From: Candidatus Hadarchaeales archaeon
Lineage (GTDB): Archaea; Hadarchaeota; Hadarchaeia; Hadarchaeales; Hadarchaeaceae
DNA: 32,000 nucleotides
Reading direction: 5' to 3'
Assembly: GCA_038823825.1 (NCBI GenBank)
Contig: JAWBCC010000002.1
Coordinates: forward strand, 30,001-62,000
A model generated the notes under the pieces. That model had not been told where the DNA came from. It saw nothing but the letters and a program-made list of their open reading frames with translations, and made no database searches. The translations under genes and the position numbers were made by a program. Each line of letters starts with the position of its first letter. Position 1 is the stretch's first letter. Shown piece after piece: positions 17,168 to 26,602 of the stretch.

Positions 17168-18097
17168 ATGTGGATGAAACTCTGCTCGAAATGTGGCGAA
17201 AGGGCTGAAATCGAACTGGATTACGCCAGAATGCACCTCTGCGACAGGTGTTTCGTGGATTTTTACGAAAGAAAAGTGAGAGAAACAGTCAAAAAGTACA
17301 AGATGATTGGAAAGGAAGATAAGGTGGCGGTTGCGGTCTCGGGCGGAAAGGATAGCGCCGCCCTTCTCTTCGTTTTAAGAAAACTTTTTCCCGATCTTTC
17401 CATTGCTGCCGTTCACATAAATGTAGAAATTCCAGGTTATTCCGAGGAATGCGAGCAAAAGTTCAGGGAGCTAGCCAGGATAGTCGGTGTGGATTCTATC
17501 GTTTACAACACGAGGGAAAAACTCGGAATAACAACACCCGATTTCCAGAAGACGGTTTACAAGGATAGGATTTGCTCACCGTGTGGAACCATCAAGCGGT
17601 ATCTTCTGAACAAGATCGCGCTCGAGAACGGTTTCACGAAAGTGGCTACTGGGCACAACCTAGACGATACCGTTGAGGTGCTTTTCAACCTCTACGTGCA
17701 GGGAGATATCCAGCAGCTCGTGAGGCTGAGACCTGTCGCCCCCTCAACCCACCCAAAGCTTGTGACGAAAATAAAACCTCTCATTGAGATGACGGAAAAA
17801 GAGAACTTGCTGTACGCTTTGAAAAATCAACTCCCATTCAAGGAAGCTCCATGTCCTCTCGCCTCCGGAAGTAGAAGCCGTGAGAGGAAAAAATTGCTCG
17901 AGATGATCGAAGGAAAGATGCGCGGATTTAAACATACTCTGTTCTCATCACACGTCAAAAGGATTTTACCCGTTCTCGAAGAAGGAGTTAAGCTTCCATC
18001 GTTTGTTGAATGTTCCTCGTGCGGGATGCCTTCTTCGGAAGACCCGTGCGCATTCTGTAGACGTATAAAAATGGTGAAGGGAAACCATGAAGATTAG
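17168..18097 (+). CDS. TtuA/NcsA/Ctu1-like tRNA 2-thiolation protein (second paralog)
   Basis: CSKCGERAEIELDYARMHLCDRC, VAVSGGKDSAALL, ICSPCGTIKRYLLNKIA, GHNLDDTVEVL, C-terminal CSSCGMPSSEDPCAFC. Start possibly 17174 (MKLCSKCG). Confidence 0.94.
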   Translation: MWMKLCSKCGERAEIELDYARMHLCDRCFVDFYERKVRETVKKYKMIGKEDKVAVAVSGGKDSAALLFVLRKLFPDLSIAAVHINVEIPGYSEECEQKFRELARIVGVDSIVYNTREKLGITTPDFQKTVYKDRICSPCGTIKRYLLNKIALENGFTKVATGHNLDDTVEVLFNLYVQGDIQQLVRLRPVAPSTHPKLVTKIKPLIEMTEKENLLYALKNQLPFKEAPCPLASGSRSRERKKLLEMIEGKMRGFKHTLFSSHVKRILPVLEEGVKLPSFVECSSCGMPSSEDPCAFCRRIKMVKGNHED

Positions 18098-18779
18098 AGG
18101 AGTCCTTTTCGATGTGGATAGCACGCTAGTAGATTCGAGACTGGCCATGGACCTTGCGCTCGAGACGATTGTGAGGGAACTCGTCGATTTCGTCGGACGG
18201 ACGGAGGATCTCGAAAAAGCTCTTTGGAAATCGCGGCAGATAGATTTGGAAATGCATGCAAATCTACAGTATGACCGGAAAATGTGGTGGCGGAGAATTT
18301 GCGACGAGCTCTGGCCGGGTGTGACGCTTCCAGAAGATCTCGTCGAGAATCTCACCTTGGAATACTGGAGAATCGTTTGTGAGAAATCTACGCTGTTTCC
18401 AGATTCTTTGGAAACGATCGGGAGTCTGAAAAACAGGGGTTATCGACTTGGAATCGTGACGGATACTGATGGAACACCAAGTGTGAAAAGATGGAGGCTG
18501 GAGAAACTAGAGATTAAGAAATGGTTTGACATTGTTGTCATAGCTGGGGAAGATACTCCAGCTGTGAAGCCGGATCCCGGACCATTCCTTCTCGCCGCCG
18601 CCAAGCTCAAATTGAAACCGGAAGAGTGTCTCATGGTGGGGGATAAAATAGCAACAGATGTGAGGGGAGCGAAGGCCGCTGGAATGTTGGCGGCGCTCGT
18701 TCGGAGAAGAGAGAGTGAAAACTGTGCGGAGGCAGATTTTGTTTTGGAATGTCTAGGAGATCTTCTGAGATTTCTTTGA
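18087..18779 (+). CDS. HAD family hydrolase
   Basis: LFDVDSTLVDS, VTDTDGT, KPDPGPF, MVGDKIATDVRGAKAAGM. Confidence 0.9.
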   Translation: MKIRGVLFDVDSTLVDSRLAMDLALETIVRELVDFVGRTEDLEKALWKSRQIDLEMHANLQYDRKMWWRRICDELWPGVTLPEDLVENLTLEYWRIVCEKSTLFPDSLETIGSLKNRGYRLGIVTDTDGTPSVKRWRLEKLEIKKWFDIVVIAGEDTPAVKPDPGPFLLAAAKLKLKPEECLMVGDKIATDVRGAKAAGMLAALVRRRESENCAEADFVLECLGDLLRFL

Positions 18780-18893
18780 CATTGAAGCAGCAAAAACTAA
18801 TTCCTTGGAAAGTGTTGATCATACTGAAACAAGCTTTTCTGCTCACAATTTTCCACGAAATAACTTGATTATGGTCTTGGCAAGCGATCAATG

Positions 18894-18981
18894 TGGTGCG
18901 GGGGAGGGGATTTGAACCCCCGAACCCCTACGGGACCAGACCCTGAATCTGGCGCCTTTGACCTGGCTCGGCCACCCCCGC
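18894..18981 (-). tRNA. tRNA-Leu(CAG), CCA encoded
   Basis: Reverse strand GCGGGGGTGGCCGAGCCAGGTCAAAGGCGCCAGATTCAGGGTCTGGTCCCGTAGGGGTTCGGGGGTTCAAATCCCCTCCCCCGCACCA: 7-bp acceptor, long variable arm, anticodon loop TTCAGGG. Confidence 0.95.
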
Positions 18982-19023
18982 TTCAAAAATAAATCTACAA
19001 CGAGAAATTAAGGGATAATCTTT

Positions 19024-20235
19024 TTGAACATCTTCAAAAAAGATATTATGCGAATCGATATGCCGGAAATCGACATCTTGGGAACAATCATTATACTGAT
19101 GGTTCTCAGTCTTATCTACACCCTTCTGACACCTCATCTTCTTTCGCTTCAGGCTAGCATGGGTATCGGTCAGCTCAGAAAAAGCATGAGAGAAATCGAA
19201 ACTTTTGCGATAGAGAGTCGCGCGATAGCGCTCAGATCATTCTCGAAACATGGAAGAACGAAGAGAGACATAAGGAAGGAAATAGAAAATTCGCTGGAGT
19301 TTTTCGCGATAGAGCCCGTCAGGGAGGATCCAGTCGGCGTTCTCAGAAGACTCGAGCACATACTGGATGTGAGAAAGAAGAGATTTGAGAGCCTGGTCAA
19401 GAAGCTCTCCCCCAAGGCAGATGAGGAGACTGCCGCAAACCTTGAAATGGTTCTCGAAGGTGCAATCGCGACCCACACACTTTATCGACTTATGAAACAC
19501 TACTGCCTGCTCGCAGAGAAGACGAAGAGTTATCAACTCGTTATGATTCTGCAGATGCAGCTCCCATTCCTGAAGGAATACGCCAAGGCATTCACGAGAG
19601 CCACGAGGACGTTCGCGGAAGGAAAGCCGATAGGAGACGGGGTGGGTCCGCTGACGGCCGTTCTCATCGCAAATACGGACAGGTGGAAGGAGGAGGTGGA
19701 GGATACAGTCTACGCGGAAGTTCCATTTGAAGGTCGAACCTTGCTTGTTGTTAAGGCGAAAGGGCCTGGAGGCAGGGTTGGCAAACCGGGAGAACTCATA
19801 AGACGCCTAGCGAAGAAAAGAAAGATAAACAGAATAATCATGATAGATGCTGCGGCAAAGCTTGAAGGAGAGAGAAGCGGAGAAGTCGTGGAAGGAGTTG
19901 GTGCGGCGATAGGAGGACCGCCAGTCGACAAATACAAGATTGAGGAAATTGCGACAGAGCTCGGTATCCCGCTCGACGCCGTCATCATAAAGGAGTCCCT
20001 CGTCGAGTCGATCACGGAGATGCACAAAGGGCTTGCCGAGGGCGCAAGGAAAGCGGCCGAAGTCGTGAAAAGAGCAATTCTCGAGAGAACGAAACCTAAG
20101 GATACCATCTTGATTGCTGGGATAGGAAACACAATAGGGATCGGGCAGTCCCCAAAAGAGATTCCGAGGGAATTCCCGCAGCCTCCGGTTCTGCCAAAAG
20201 GAGCAATCGAATCCGCCGTTCTGCCAATCGGTTGA
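19024..20235 (+). CDS. DUF1512 domain membrane-anchored protein
   Basis: N-terminal hydrophobic anchor and characteristic GDGVGPLTAVLIA / AKGPGGRVGKPGELI / IAGIGNTIGIGQ segments; 403 aa. Confidence 0.8.
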   Translation: MNIFKKDIMRIDMPEIDILGTIIILMVLSLIYTLLTPHLLSLQASMGIGQLRKSMREIETFAIESRAIALRSFSKHGRTKRDIRKEIENSLEFFAIEPVREDPVGVLRRLEHILDVRKKRFESLVKKLSPKADEETAANLEMVLEGAIATHTLYRLMKHYCLLAEKTKSYQLVMILQMQLPFLKEYAKAFTRATRTFAEGKPIGDGVGPLTAVLIANTDRWKEEVEDTVYAEVPFEGRTLLVVKAKGPGGRVGKPGELIRRLAKKRKINRIIMIDAAAKLEGERSGEVVEGVGAAIGGPPVDKYKIEEIATELGIPLDAVIIKESLVESITEMHKGLAEGARKAAEVVKRAILERTKPKDTILIAGIGNTIGIGQSPKEIPREFPQPPVLPKGAIESAVLPIG

Positions 20236-20277
20236 CGCTTTTAAGATGGGAGTTTGTAAAAGTAGAGATGTGAAAGC

Positions 20278-22467
20278 ATGAGAAGATACAAGCACGTTGC
20301 GGATGTTGTGAAGCTGATGTGGGAGCCGGAGAGAATAAGAAACATAGGGATAGTGGCTCATGTCGACCACGGAAAGACAACTCTAACCGACTCCCTCGTT
20401 GCAGCTTCCGGAATAATCAGTTTCGAGCTCGCCGGCGAGCAGCTTTTTACCGACTATCTCGACATCGAGCAGCAGAGGGGAATAACCGTGCAGACATCGG
20501 CTGTCAGTCTCTCGCACGTCTACGATGGAAAGGAATACCTGATAAACCTGCTTGACACACCTGGCCATGTCGACTTCACCGGCGACGTCACTAGGGCCCT
20601 CAGGGCAATCGACGGCGTTGTCGTTGTTGTTGACGCGGTGGAGGGCATAATGCCACAGACGGAGACTGTTACTAGGCAGGCCCTTCAGGAGTACACGAAA
20701 CCCGTCCTGTTTATAAACAAGGTTGACAGGCTTATAACGGAGCTCAAACTTCCTCCTGATCAGATACAGGCGAGGTTTGCGCGCATAATCACGAAGTTCA
20801 ACGAACTGATAAGAAGATTTGCTCCAAAACAATTTGCGCAGGAGTGGCAGGTAAACGTCGAAAACGGATCCGTTGCTTTCGGTTCTGCAAAGTTAAAGTG
20901 GGCAGTTTCCGTTCCTCAGATGAAGAAGAAAAACATCTCTTTTAAGGATATAATAAACGCGTACGCGGATGGGAGGGAGAAAGAACTTTCGAAGATAACC
21001 CCTATTTATGAGGTCGTCCTCGACATGGTCATAAAACACCTGCCCAACCCGAAGGAAGCACAGAAGATAAGGGTTCCCAGACTCTGGAGAGGGGATCCGG
21101 CGAGCGAGCTTGGCATAGACATGCTTGAAGCCAAACCGGATGGAAAGTTTTGTATGGTTGTGACGGATATCGTCGTCGACGAACAAGCCGGTGTCATAGC
21201 GACCGGAAGAATATTCTCGGGGACAGCTGAAAAAGGACTAGAGGTAAAGCTCCTGAACGCAAAACAAATTGCCAGGATTCAGCAGGTCTGTATTTATATG
21301 GGACCTGACAGGGTGATGGTCGAAAAAGTTCCCGCTGGAAACATTGCCGCCCTGATCGGTCTGAAGGATGCCGCAGTGGGTGAAACGATAATGAGTGTTG
21401 GGGTGGACGCGCCGGGCTTCGAAGAACTCAGGTATATAAGTGAACCCGTCGTCACAATTGCCGTTGAGCCTAAAAACTTCCAAGATCTACCGAAGCTCAT
21501 AGATAAGTTGAAGAAAATTGCAAAGGAAGATCCGAACATTTATGTGAAAATAAACGAGGAGACTGGAGAATATCTCGTCTCGGGAATGGGAGAGGTTCAT
21601 TTGGAAATCGTCGAATATAAGCTCAACAAGGCTGGTCTGGAAATCAAAAAATCCGAGCCGATCGTCGTCTACAGAGAAACCGTGACAAAAAGAGCAGGGC
21701 CTGTTGAAGGTAAATCTCCAAATAGACATAACAGATTTCTCATCTCGGTTGAACCTCTCGAACCCGAGGTCATAAAGGCAATCGAAGAAAAGAGAATAAC
21801 AAATGAGCAGGAAAGGAAAGAAAGAGCTGCTATTCTCAGAGAACTTGGTTGGAGCGCAGAAGCTGCTAGAAACGTCATAGCCGTGATCGGTCCGAATGTT
21901 CTGGTTGACATGACGAAAGGTGTTCAGTTCATGAAGGATGTGGAGGACTACGTGATCGAGGCATTCAAAAATGTGGTTGAGGAAGGACCGCTCATGAGAG
22001 AACCGTGCAGAGGGCTGAAGGTCATCATTGAGGACGCCATGCTCCATGAGGACTCCGTTCACCGCGGACCCGCACAGATAATTCCGGCCGTGAGGAGACC
22101 CATTCAGGCTTGTGTTCTTCTAGGTGAACCGATAGTACTTGAACCCTTGCTCAAGCTCGAGGTCAGAGTTCCACAAGAGTTCATGGGGGGCGCGACAAAA
22201 GTCATCCAGGGTAGACGCGGAAGAATAATCGACATGGAAACTGAAGAAGATATCGTTATCCTACGAGCTCTCCTGCCTGTCGCAAATTCGTTCGGTCTCG
22301 CTGCCGAACTGAGATCAGAGACAGAAGGGAGAGCTATTTGGGCCACAGAGTTCGCAAAGTTTGAGAAAGTTCCGGCCGAGCTGCAGAAAACCATCATCGA
22401 AAACACCAGAAAGAGGAAGGGACTCAAACCTGAGCCACCTTCTCCAGAGGAGTTCATGGAGAAGTGA
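20278..22467 (+). CDS. fusA: Archaeal translation elongation factor 2
   Basis: IGIVAHVDHGKTTLTDSL, DTPGHVDFTGDV, NKVD, and diphthamide region LHEDSVHRGPAQIIPAVRR; 729 aa. Confidence 0.98.
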   Translation: MRRYKHVADVVKLMWEPERIRNIGIVAHVDHGKTTLTDSLVAASGIISFELAGEQLFTDYLDIEQQRGITVQTSAVSLSHVYDGKEYLINLLDTPGHVDFTGDVTRALRAIDGVVVVVDAVEGIMPQTETVTRQALQEYTKPVLFINKVDRLITELKLPPDQIQARFARIITKFNELIRRFAPKQFAQEWQVNVENGSVAFGSAKLKWAVSVPQMKKKNISFKDIINAYADGREKELSKITPIYEVVLDMVIKHLPNPKEAQKIRVPRLWRGDPASELGIDMLEAKPDGKFCMVVTDIVVDEQAGVIATGRIFSGTAEKGLEVKLLNAKQIARIQQVCIYMGPDRVMVEKVPAGNIAALIGLKDAAVGETIMSVGVDAPGFEELRYISEPVVTIAVEPKNFQDLPKLIDKLKKIAKEDPNIYVKINEETGEYLVSGMGEVHLEIVEYKLNKAGLEIKKSEPIVVYRETVTKRAGPVEGKSPNRHNRFLISVEPLEPEVIKAIEEKRITNEQERKERAAILRELGWSAEAARNVIAVIGPNVLVDMTKGVQFMKDVEDYVIEAFKNVVEEGPLMREPCRGLKVIIEDAMLHEDSVHRGPAQIIPAVRRPIQACVLLGEPIVLEPLLKLEVRVPQEFMGGATKVIQGRRGRIIDMETEEDIVILRALLPVANSFGLAAELRSETEGRAIWATEFAKFEKVPAELQKTIIENTRKRKGLKPEPPSPEEFMEK

Positions 22468-23254
22468 GGAGACGGGCTATTCTTTCAAAATCCTCCGGTT
22501 TCAGTTCAAAAACCCTTCTTTCAAGCAGATCATTCGGAAAACGAATGAGAAAGTTTTTGAGTTCCTTTTTGTGCATGGAAGGAAAGAGACGTCCGCTTGA
22601 GTGAATGAGAGCATTTCTCACCTTTTGCTTTCTGTGTTGGAAAAGTGCCTCAACCACTCTGCTGAAAAGATTCCAGTTTGCTATTTCGAATGGAGGTGGA
22701 CGCGGGCGGAGCCTGACAATCGCGGAACACACAGCCGGTGGCGGGAAAAAGACCTCCGGAGGAAGCTCTTCGAGGATCTCAACATCCGCCTTACAGAAGA
22801 CGTTGACGCTCAGTCTCCCGTAATCAGGTGCCCCAGGTTTGGCAATCATCCTTTTCGCGAATTCCAACTGGTACATTAGAACCCCCAGCTCGAAATCTTT
22901 TTCCAAGAGTTTGAAAGTGATGTCGGAAGAGATTTTATACGGTAGGTTTGCCACAACTTTCGTAAACTCCGGAAGCTCGACTTTCCTCGCATCCCCATGT
23001 ATGAACACCACGTTTTTGCTACTAACGTTCTCCTTTGCTATCGCCAACAGTCTAGCGTCCATCTCGATCGTGTAGACCTTTCCAGCTTTTTCCGACAAGA
23101 ACTTTGTCAGGTTGCCCAAACCCGTTCCGATTTCCAGAACGATGTCTGAAGGAGAAATCCGTGCGTATTCCACCATTCTGCGGAGAATTCCCTCATCGGT
23201 CACAAGGTGTTGCCCTAGCCTGCGGCTGAGTCTAGGAATTTTTGGTCTTTCCAC
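22454..23254 (-). CDS. rsmA: 16S rRNA (adenine-N6,N6) dimethyltransferase
   Basis: LGQHLVTDEGILRRM, VLEIGTGLGNLTKFL, VVANLPYKISSDI, KQKVRNAL; 266 aa. Confidence 0.96.
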   Translation of the reverse strand: MERPKIPRLSRRLGQHLVTDEGILRRMVEYARISPSDIVLEIGTGLGNLTKFLSEKAGKVYTIEMDARLLAIAKENVSSKNVVFIHGDARKVELPEFTKVVANLPYKISSDITFKLLEKDFELGVLMYQLEFAKRMIAKPGAPDYGRLSVNVFCKADVEILEELPPEVFFPPPAVCSAIVRLRPRPPPFEIANWNLFSRVVEALFQHRKQKVRNALIHSSGRLFPSMHKKELKNFLIRFPNDLLERRVFELKPEDFERIARLLTSP

Positions 23255-23295
23255 CGCCTATATTTTTGCTGACGCATGAATAAAAAAGGAAAGTC

Positions 23296-23655
23296 ATGCT
23301 TTCACAGGATTTCAACAAGAAAAAAATTGAGCTCTTTGGCCTTCTGCGAAAGGAGAGAAAGCTTTCTGGAGAAGTCCGCAGGAAAATCATAGAACTTTAC
23401 GGGAGCAGGGGCGAGAAGGCGATAGAAGCTGTTGAACAAAGGAGAGTTCGTAAGCAGGGGCGCAGATGGTTTGTCCGAGGGAAAAGTGGAGAGTATGAGG
23501 TTGTGAAAAACTTTTGCTCTTGTCCTGATTACGTAATGAACATAGCAACTGAAAAGGCAAAGGTTGACATGTGTTATCATGCGCTCGCCAAGGAAATAGC
23601 CGAGGCAATCGGTTTCTACCGGGAGGAAAAAGATGAGAAAGGAGAAAGTGGCTGA
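23296..23655 (+). CDS. SWIM zinc-finger protein
   Basis: CSCPDYVMN...DMCYHALA matches SWIM CxCx(n)CxH; 119 aa. Confidence 0.85.
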   Translation: MLSQDFNKKKIELFGLLRKERKLSGEVRRKIIELYGSRGEKAIEAVEQRRVRKQGRRWFVRGKSGEYEVVKNFCSCPDYVMNIATEKAKVDMCYHALAKEIAEAIGFYREEKDEKGESG

Positions 23656-24271
23656 GGCTGTTGTAAAATTTCTGTACTCGAATTATGGGGAGCCAAAACA
23701 TCGTTGGAAGGAAGACCCGTTTAAGGTCTTGATATCTTGCGTACTCTCCCAGCGGACCCGTGAGGAAAACACAGAAAAGGCGAGCAGGGCGCTTTTCTCC
23801 ATCGCTCCTACACCGAAGGATATTCTGAAAATCCCAGAGGAGGAGATCGCAAAAATCATAAGACCTGTCGGTTTCCCGAAGCAGAAGGCAAAAAATATCC
23901 TAAAAATATGCAAGATTCTCGTAGAAAAGTATGATGGGAAAGTTCCCGCCGATAAAGAGGTTTTAAAATCTCTTCCCGGAGTAGGTGAGAAAACCGCCAA
24001 CGTCACGCTCTGTTACGGCTTCGGGATCCCATGCATACCGGTAGACACACATGTGAATAGAATCAGCAGACGTCTCGGACTGGTCAGCTGGGATGCCAAG
24101 CTGGAAGAAGTCGAACCAACGTTAAGAAAAATCTTCAAAAGGAAAGACTGGCGGCTGATAAATTTAGGAATGGTGCAGTTTGGGAGGGAAATCTGTCTGC
24201 CGCGCAACCCGAAGTGCGAGATCTGTCCGTTGAAAAAACTTTGTCTCTACGCAAAACGTGAACAAAAATGA
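23633..24271 (+). CDS. nth: Endonuclease III
   Basis: LISCVLSQRTREENT, LPGVGEKTANV HhH, PVDTHVNRISRRLG, intact CX6CX2CX5C (CLPRNPKCEICPLKKLC) 4Fe-4S cluster. Confidence 0.96.
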   Translation: MRKEKVAEAVVKFLYSNYGEPKHRWKEDPFKVLISCVLSQRTREENTEKASRALFSIAPTPKDILKIPEEEIAKIIRPVGFPKQKAKNILKICKILVEKYDGKVPADKEVLKSLPGVGEKTANVTLCYGFGIPCIPVDTHVNRISRRLGLVSWDAKLEEVEPTLRKIFKRKDWRLINLGMVQFGREICLPRNPKCEICPLKKLCLYAKREQK

Positions 24272-24570
24272 ATACCGTATTCATTGTTCTCCTGATCACA
24301 GGATCTCCGGCTATCGGTTTAAGTTCGCTTTTCGCTGGATTGGGTGGAAAAGCTATCACGCTTCGAAAACAAAGGCCCTTTCTATTCACTTCGCTCGTGA
24401 TTCTGCTTGGTTTTGCTGTAGCTGTTCCATCACTCATTGTGGGAAAATATTTGGGAGAGCTTCCAGCCTGCCTCTTCCTCCTCGTTTTCTCTATTCTGGT
24501 GGGCAAGATTGCCAAGGCTTTCTGTTCCGGGCTTGTGAAAATCACCCTGCGTCTTCCTGAGGAGAGATAA
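24268..24570 (+). CDS. Small hydrophobic membrane protein, hypothetical
   Basis: 100 aa ORF with about 3 hydrophobic segments, overlapping the nth stop codon by 4 nt. Confidence 0.6.
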   Translation: MNTVFIVLLITGSPAIGLSSLFAGLGGKAITLRKQRPFLFTSLVILLGFAVAVPSLIVGKYLGELPACLFLLVFSILVGKIAKAFCSGLVKITLRLPEER

Positions 24571-24610
24571 TCGTCTTCGTGAGAACTTTTAAAATCCAAA
24601 AACCCTTATA

Positions 24611-26602
24611 ATGACTTATGAAGCAAAAAATAAGGTTGATGAGATGAGCAAGCAGTGGGTGGTTGAGGACGAACATAATAAAGACATCTTCTGGCCGTCA
24701 GAGGCGATGAAAAAGAAAGCGTGGGTTTCCGATCCATCGATTTACGAGGAGGCTGCTAAGGATCCCATAAAATTTTGGGAAGAAAAGGCAATTGAAGGTC
24801 TAGAGTGGTTCAAAAAGTGGGACGAAGCATATAGGTGGGACCCACCCTATGTCAAGTGGTTTATCGGAGGGAAAATAAATGCTTCATATAACGCACTCGA
24901 CAGACATTTGAAAGCTGGAAAAGGTAATAAAAAAGCGATAATCTGGGTTCCTGAGCCTCCCCAAGAACCCCCTAGAATTCTAACCTATAAAGAACTCCAC
25001 GAGCAAGTGAACAAGCTGGCCAACGTTCTGAAATCTTTGGGAGTGAAAAAGGGCGACCGTGTCGGAATATACATGCCAATGATCCCGGAAGTCATAGTAA
25101 GTATGCTCGCCTGTGCAAGAATTGGTGCTCCCCACAGCGTTGTTTTCTCCGCCTTCGCTGCAGACGCGCTGCGTGTGAGACTGGAGGATTCCGGCGCAGA
25201 AGTTCTGATCACGGCCGACGGTTACTATCGCCGGGGGAAAGTCGTGAACCTAAAGGCTAATGCTGACGAAGGGATAAAGGGGACCTCCGTCAAGAAGGTG
25301 ATTGTTGTCAAACGGGCGGGGAACCCTGTCAACATGGTTGAGGGTAGAGATTTCTGGTGGCATGAGCTCATGGAGAAAGCGGATTCTCACTGCCCGCCCG
25401 AAGAGATGGATGCCGAAGATATGCTCTTCATTCTTTACACGAGCGGGACTACGGGAAGACCGAAAGGGGTAATGCATACAACAGGAGGATATCTTGTGCA
25501 GGCATACTGGACGGCAAAGTGGGTCTTCGATTTGCATGATGATGACATCTTCTGGTGCACGGCTGATATGGGATGGATAACCGGACACACATACGCTTGC
25601 TACGGTCCGCTCCTGAATGCTGCAACGATTCTAATCTATGAGGGGGCTCCTGATTATCCAGCACCAGATCGATGGTGGGAAATAATCGAAAAATATAAAG
25701 TAACGATATTCTACACTGCTCCGACAGCCATCAGAATGTTCATGAGGATGGGTGACGAATGGCCGGCCAAGCACGACCTGAGCAGTCTGCGTTTGCTTGG
25801 AACAGTTGGTGAACCCATCGACAGGGATGCCTGGATGTGGTACTTCAAGGTCATCGGAAATGGGAGATGTCCGATAACTGACACTTGGTGGCAGACTGAA
25901 ACCGGGGGGACCTTAATAATGTCTCTTCCTGGAATCGGACCTTTTATACCTGCAGTAGCCGGTTTACCTTTCCCAGGAGTCTCGGCTGACGTTGTTGATG
26001 AGGAGGGTAAACCGCTGAAGGAGGGAGAAAGCGGATACCTCGTTCTCATTCCACCGATTCCACCGGGAATGCTCCGCGGGCTCTACAAGGCGGACGAAAA
26101 GTATAGAGAAACCTACTGGAGCAAATATCATAACAGATATTACTTCACCGGTGATGGGGCGAGAAAGCTTCCGAATGGATGCATACGAGTGACCGGTAGA
26201 GTCGATGACGTTATGAAGGTAGCCGGCCACAGACTCTCGACCGCGGAGTTGGAAGACATCCTGAATCTTCATGAGGCGGTGGTCGAGAGTGCTGTGATAG
26301 CCAAACCACACGAGATAAAGGGAGAAGTTCCGGTTGCTTTCGTTATCTTAAAACAGGGTTATCGGGCGGGTGAAGATCTCGTGAAAGAACTGATAAAGCA
26401 CATCGATGCAAGGATGGGACCAATCGCTAGACCTGAAAAGATATACTTCGTCGAAGACCTGCCAAAAACGAGGAGCGGTAAAATCATGCGTAGGATTCTT
26501 AAGGCTTTGCTTGTCAACGAACCGATTGGAGACACGACGACTCTTCTCAATCCTGAAGTTGTTGAAAATCTCAAAAAAATTATCGGTTACAAAGCCGGTT
26601 GA
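24611..26602 (+). CDS. acs: Acetyl-CoA synthetase (AMP-forming)
   Basis: FILYTSGTTGRPKGVMHTTGGY, GWITGHTY, TWWQTETGG, YYFTGDGA, PKTRSGKIMRRILKA; 663 aa. Confidence 0.97.
   Translation: MTYEAKNKVDEMSKQWVVEDEHNKDIFWPSEAMKKKAWVSDPSIYEEAAKDPIKFWEEKAIEGLEWFKKWDEAYRWDPPYVKWFIGGKINASYNALDRHLKAGKGNKKAIIWVPEPPQEPPRILTYKELHEQVNKLANVLKSLGVKKGDRVGIYMPMIPEVIVSMLACARIGAPHSVVFSAFAADALRVRLEDSGAEVLITADGYYRRGKVVNLKANADEGIKGTSVKKVIVVKRAGNPVNMVEGRDFWWHELMEKADSHCPPEEMDAEDMLFILYTSGTTGRPKGVMHTTGGYLVQAYWTAKWVFDLHDDDIFWCTADMGWITGHTYACYGPLLNAATILIYEGAPDYPAPDRWWEIIEKYKVTIFYTAPTAIRMFMRMGDEWPAKHDLSSLRLLGTVGEPIDRDAWMWYFKVIGNGRCPITDTWWQTETGGTLIMSLPGIGPFIPAVAGLPFPGVSADVVDEEGKPLKEGESGYLVLIPPIPPGMLRGLYKADEKYRETYWSKYHNRYYFTGDGARKLPNGCIRVTGRVDDVMKVAGHRLSTAELEDILNLHEAVVESAVIAKPHEIKGEVPVAFVILKQGYRAGEDLVKELIKHIDARMGPIARPEKIYFVEDLPKTRSGKIMRRILKALLVNEPIGDTTTLLNPEVVENLKKIIGYKAG

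Noticed and set aside
18780-18893. 114-nt gap between the HAD hydrolase and tRNA-Leu considered as a possible C/D-box or other ncRNA.
   Set aside because: No convincing RUGAUGA/CUGA box pair or stable hairpin could be identified by eye.
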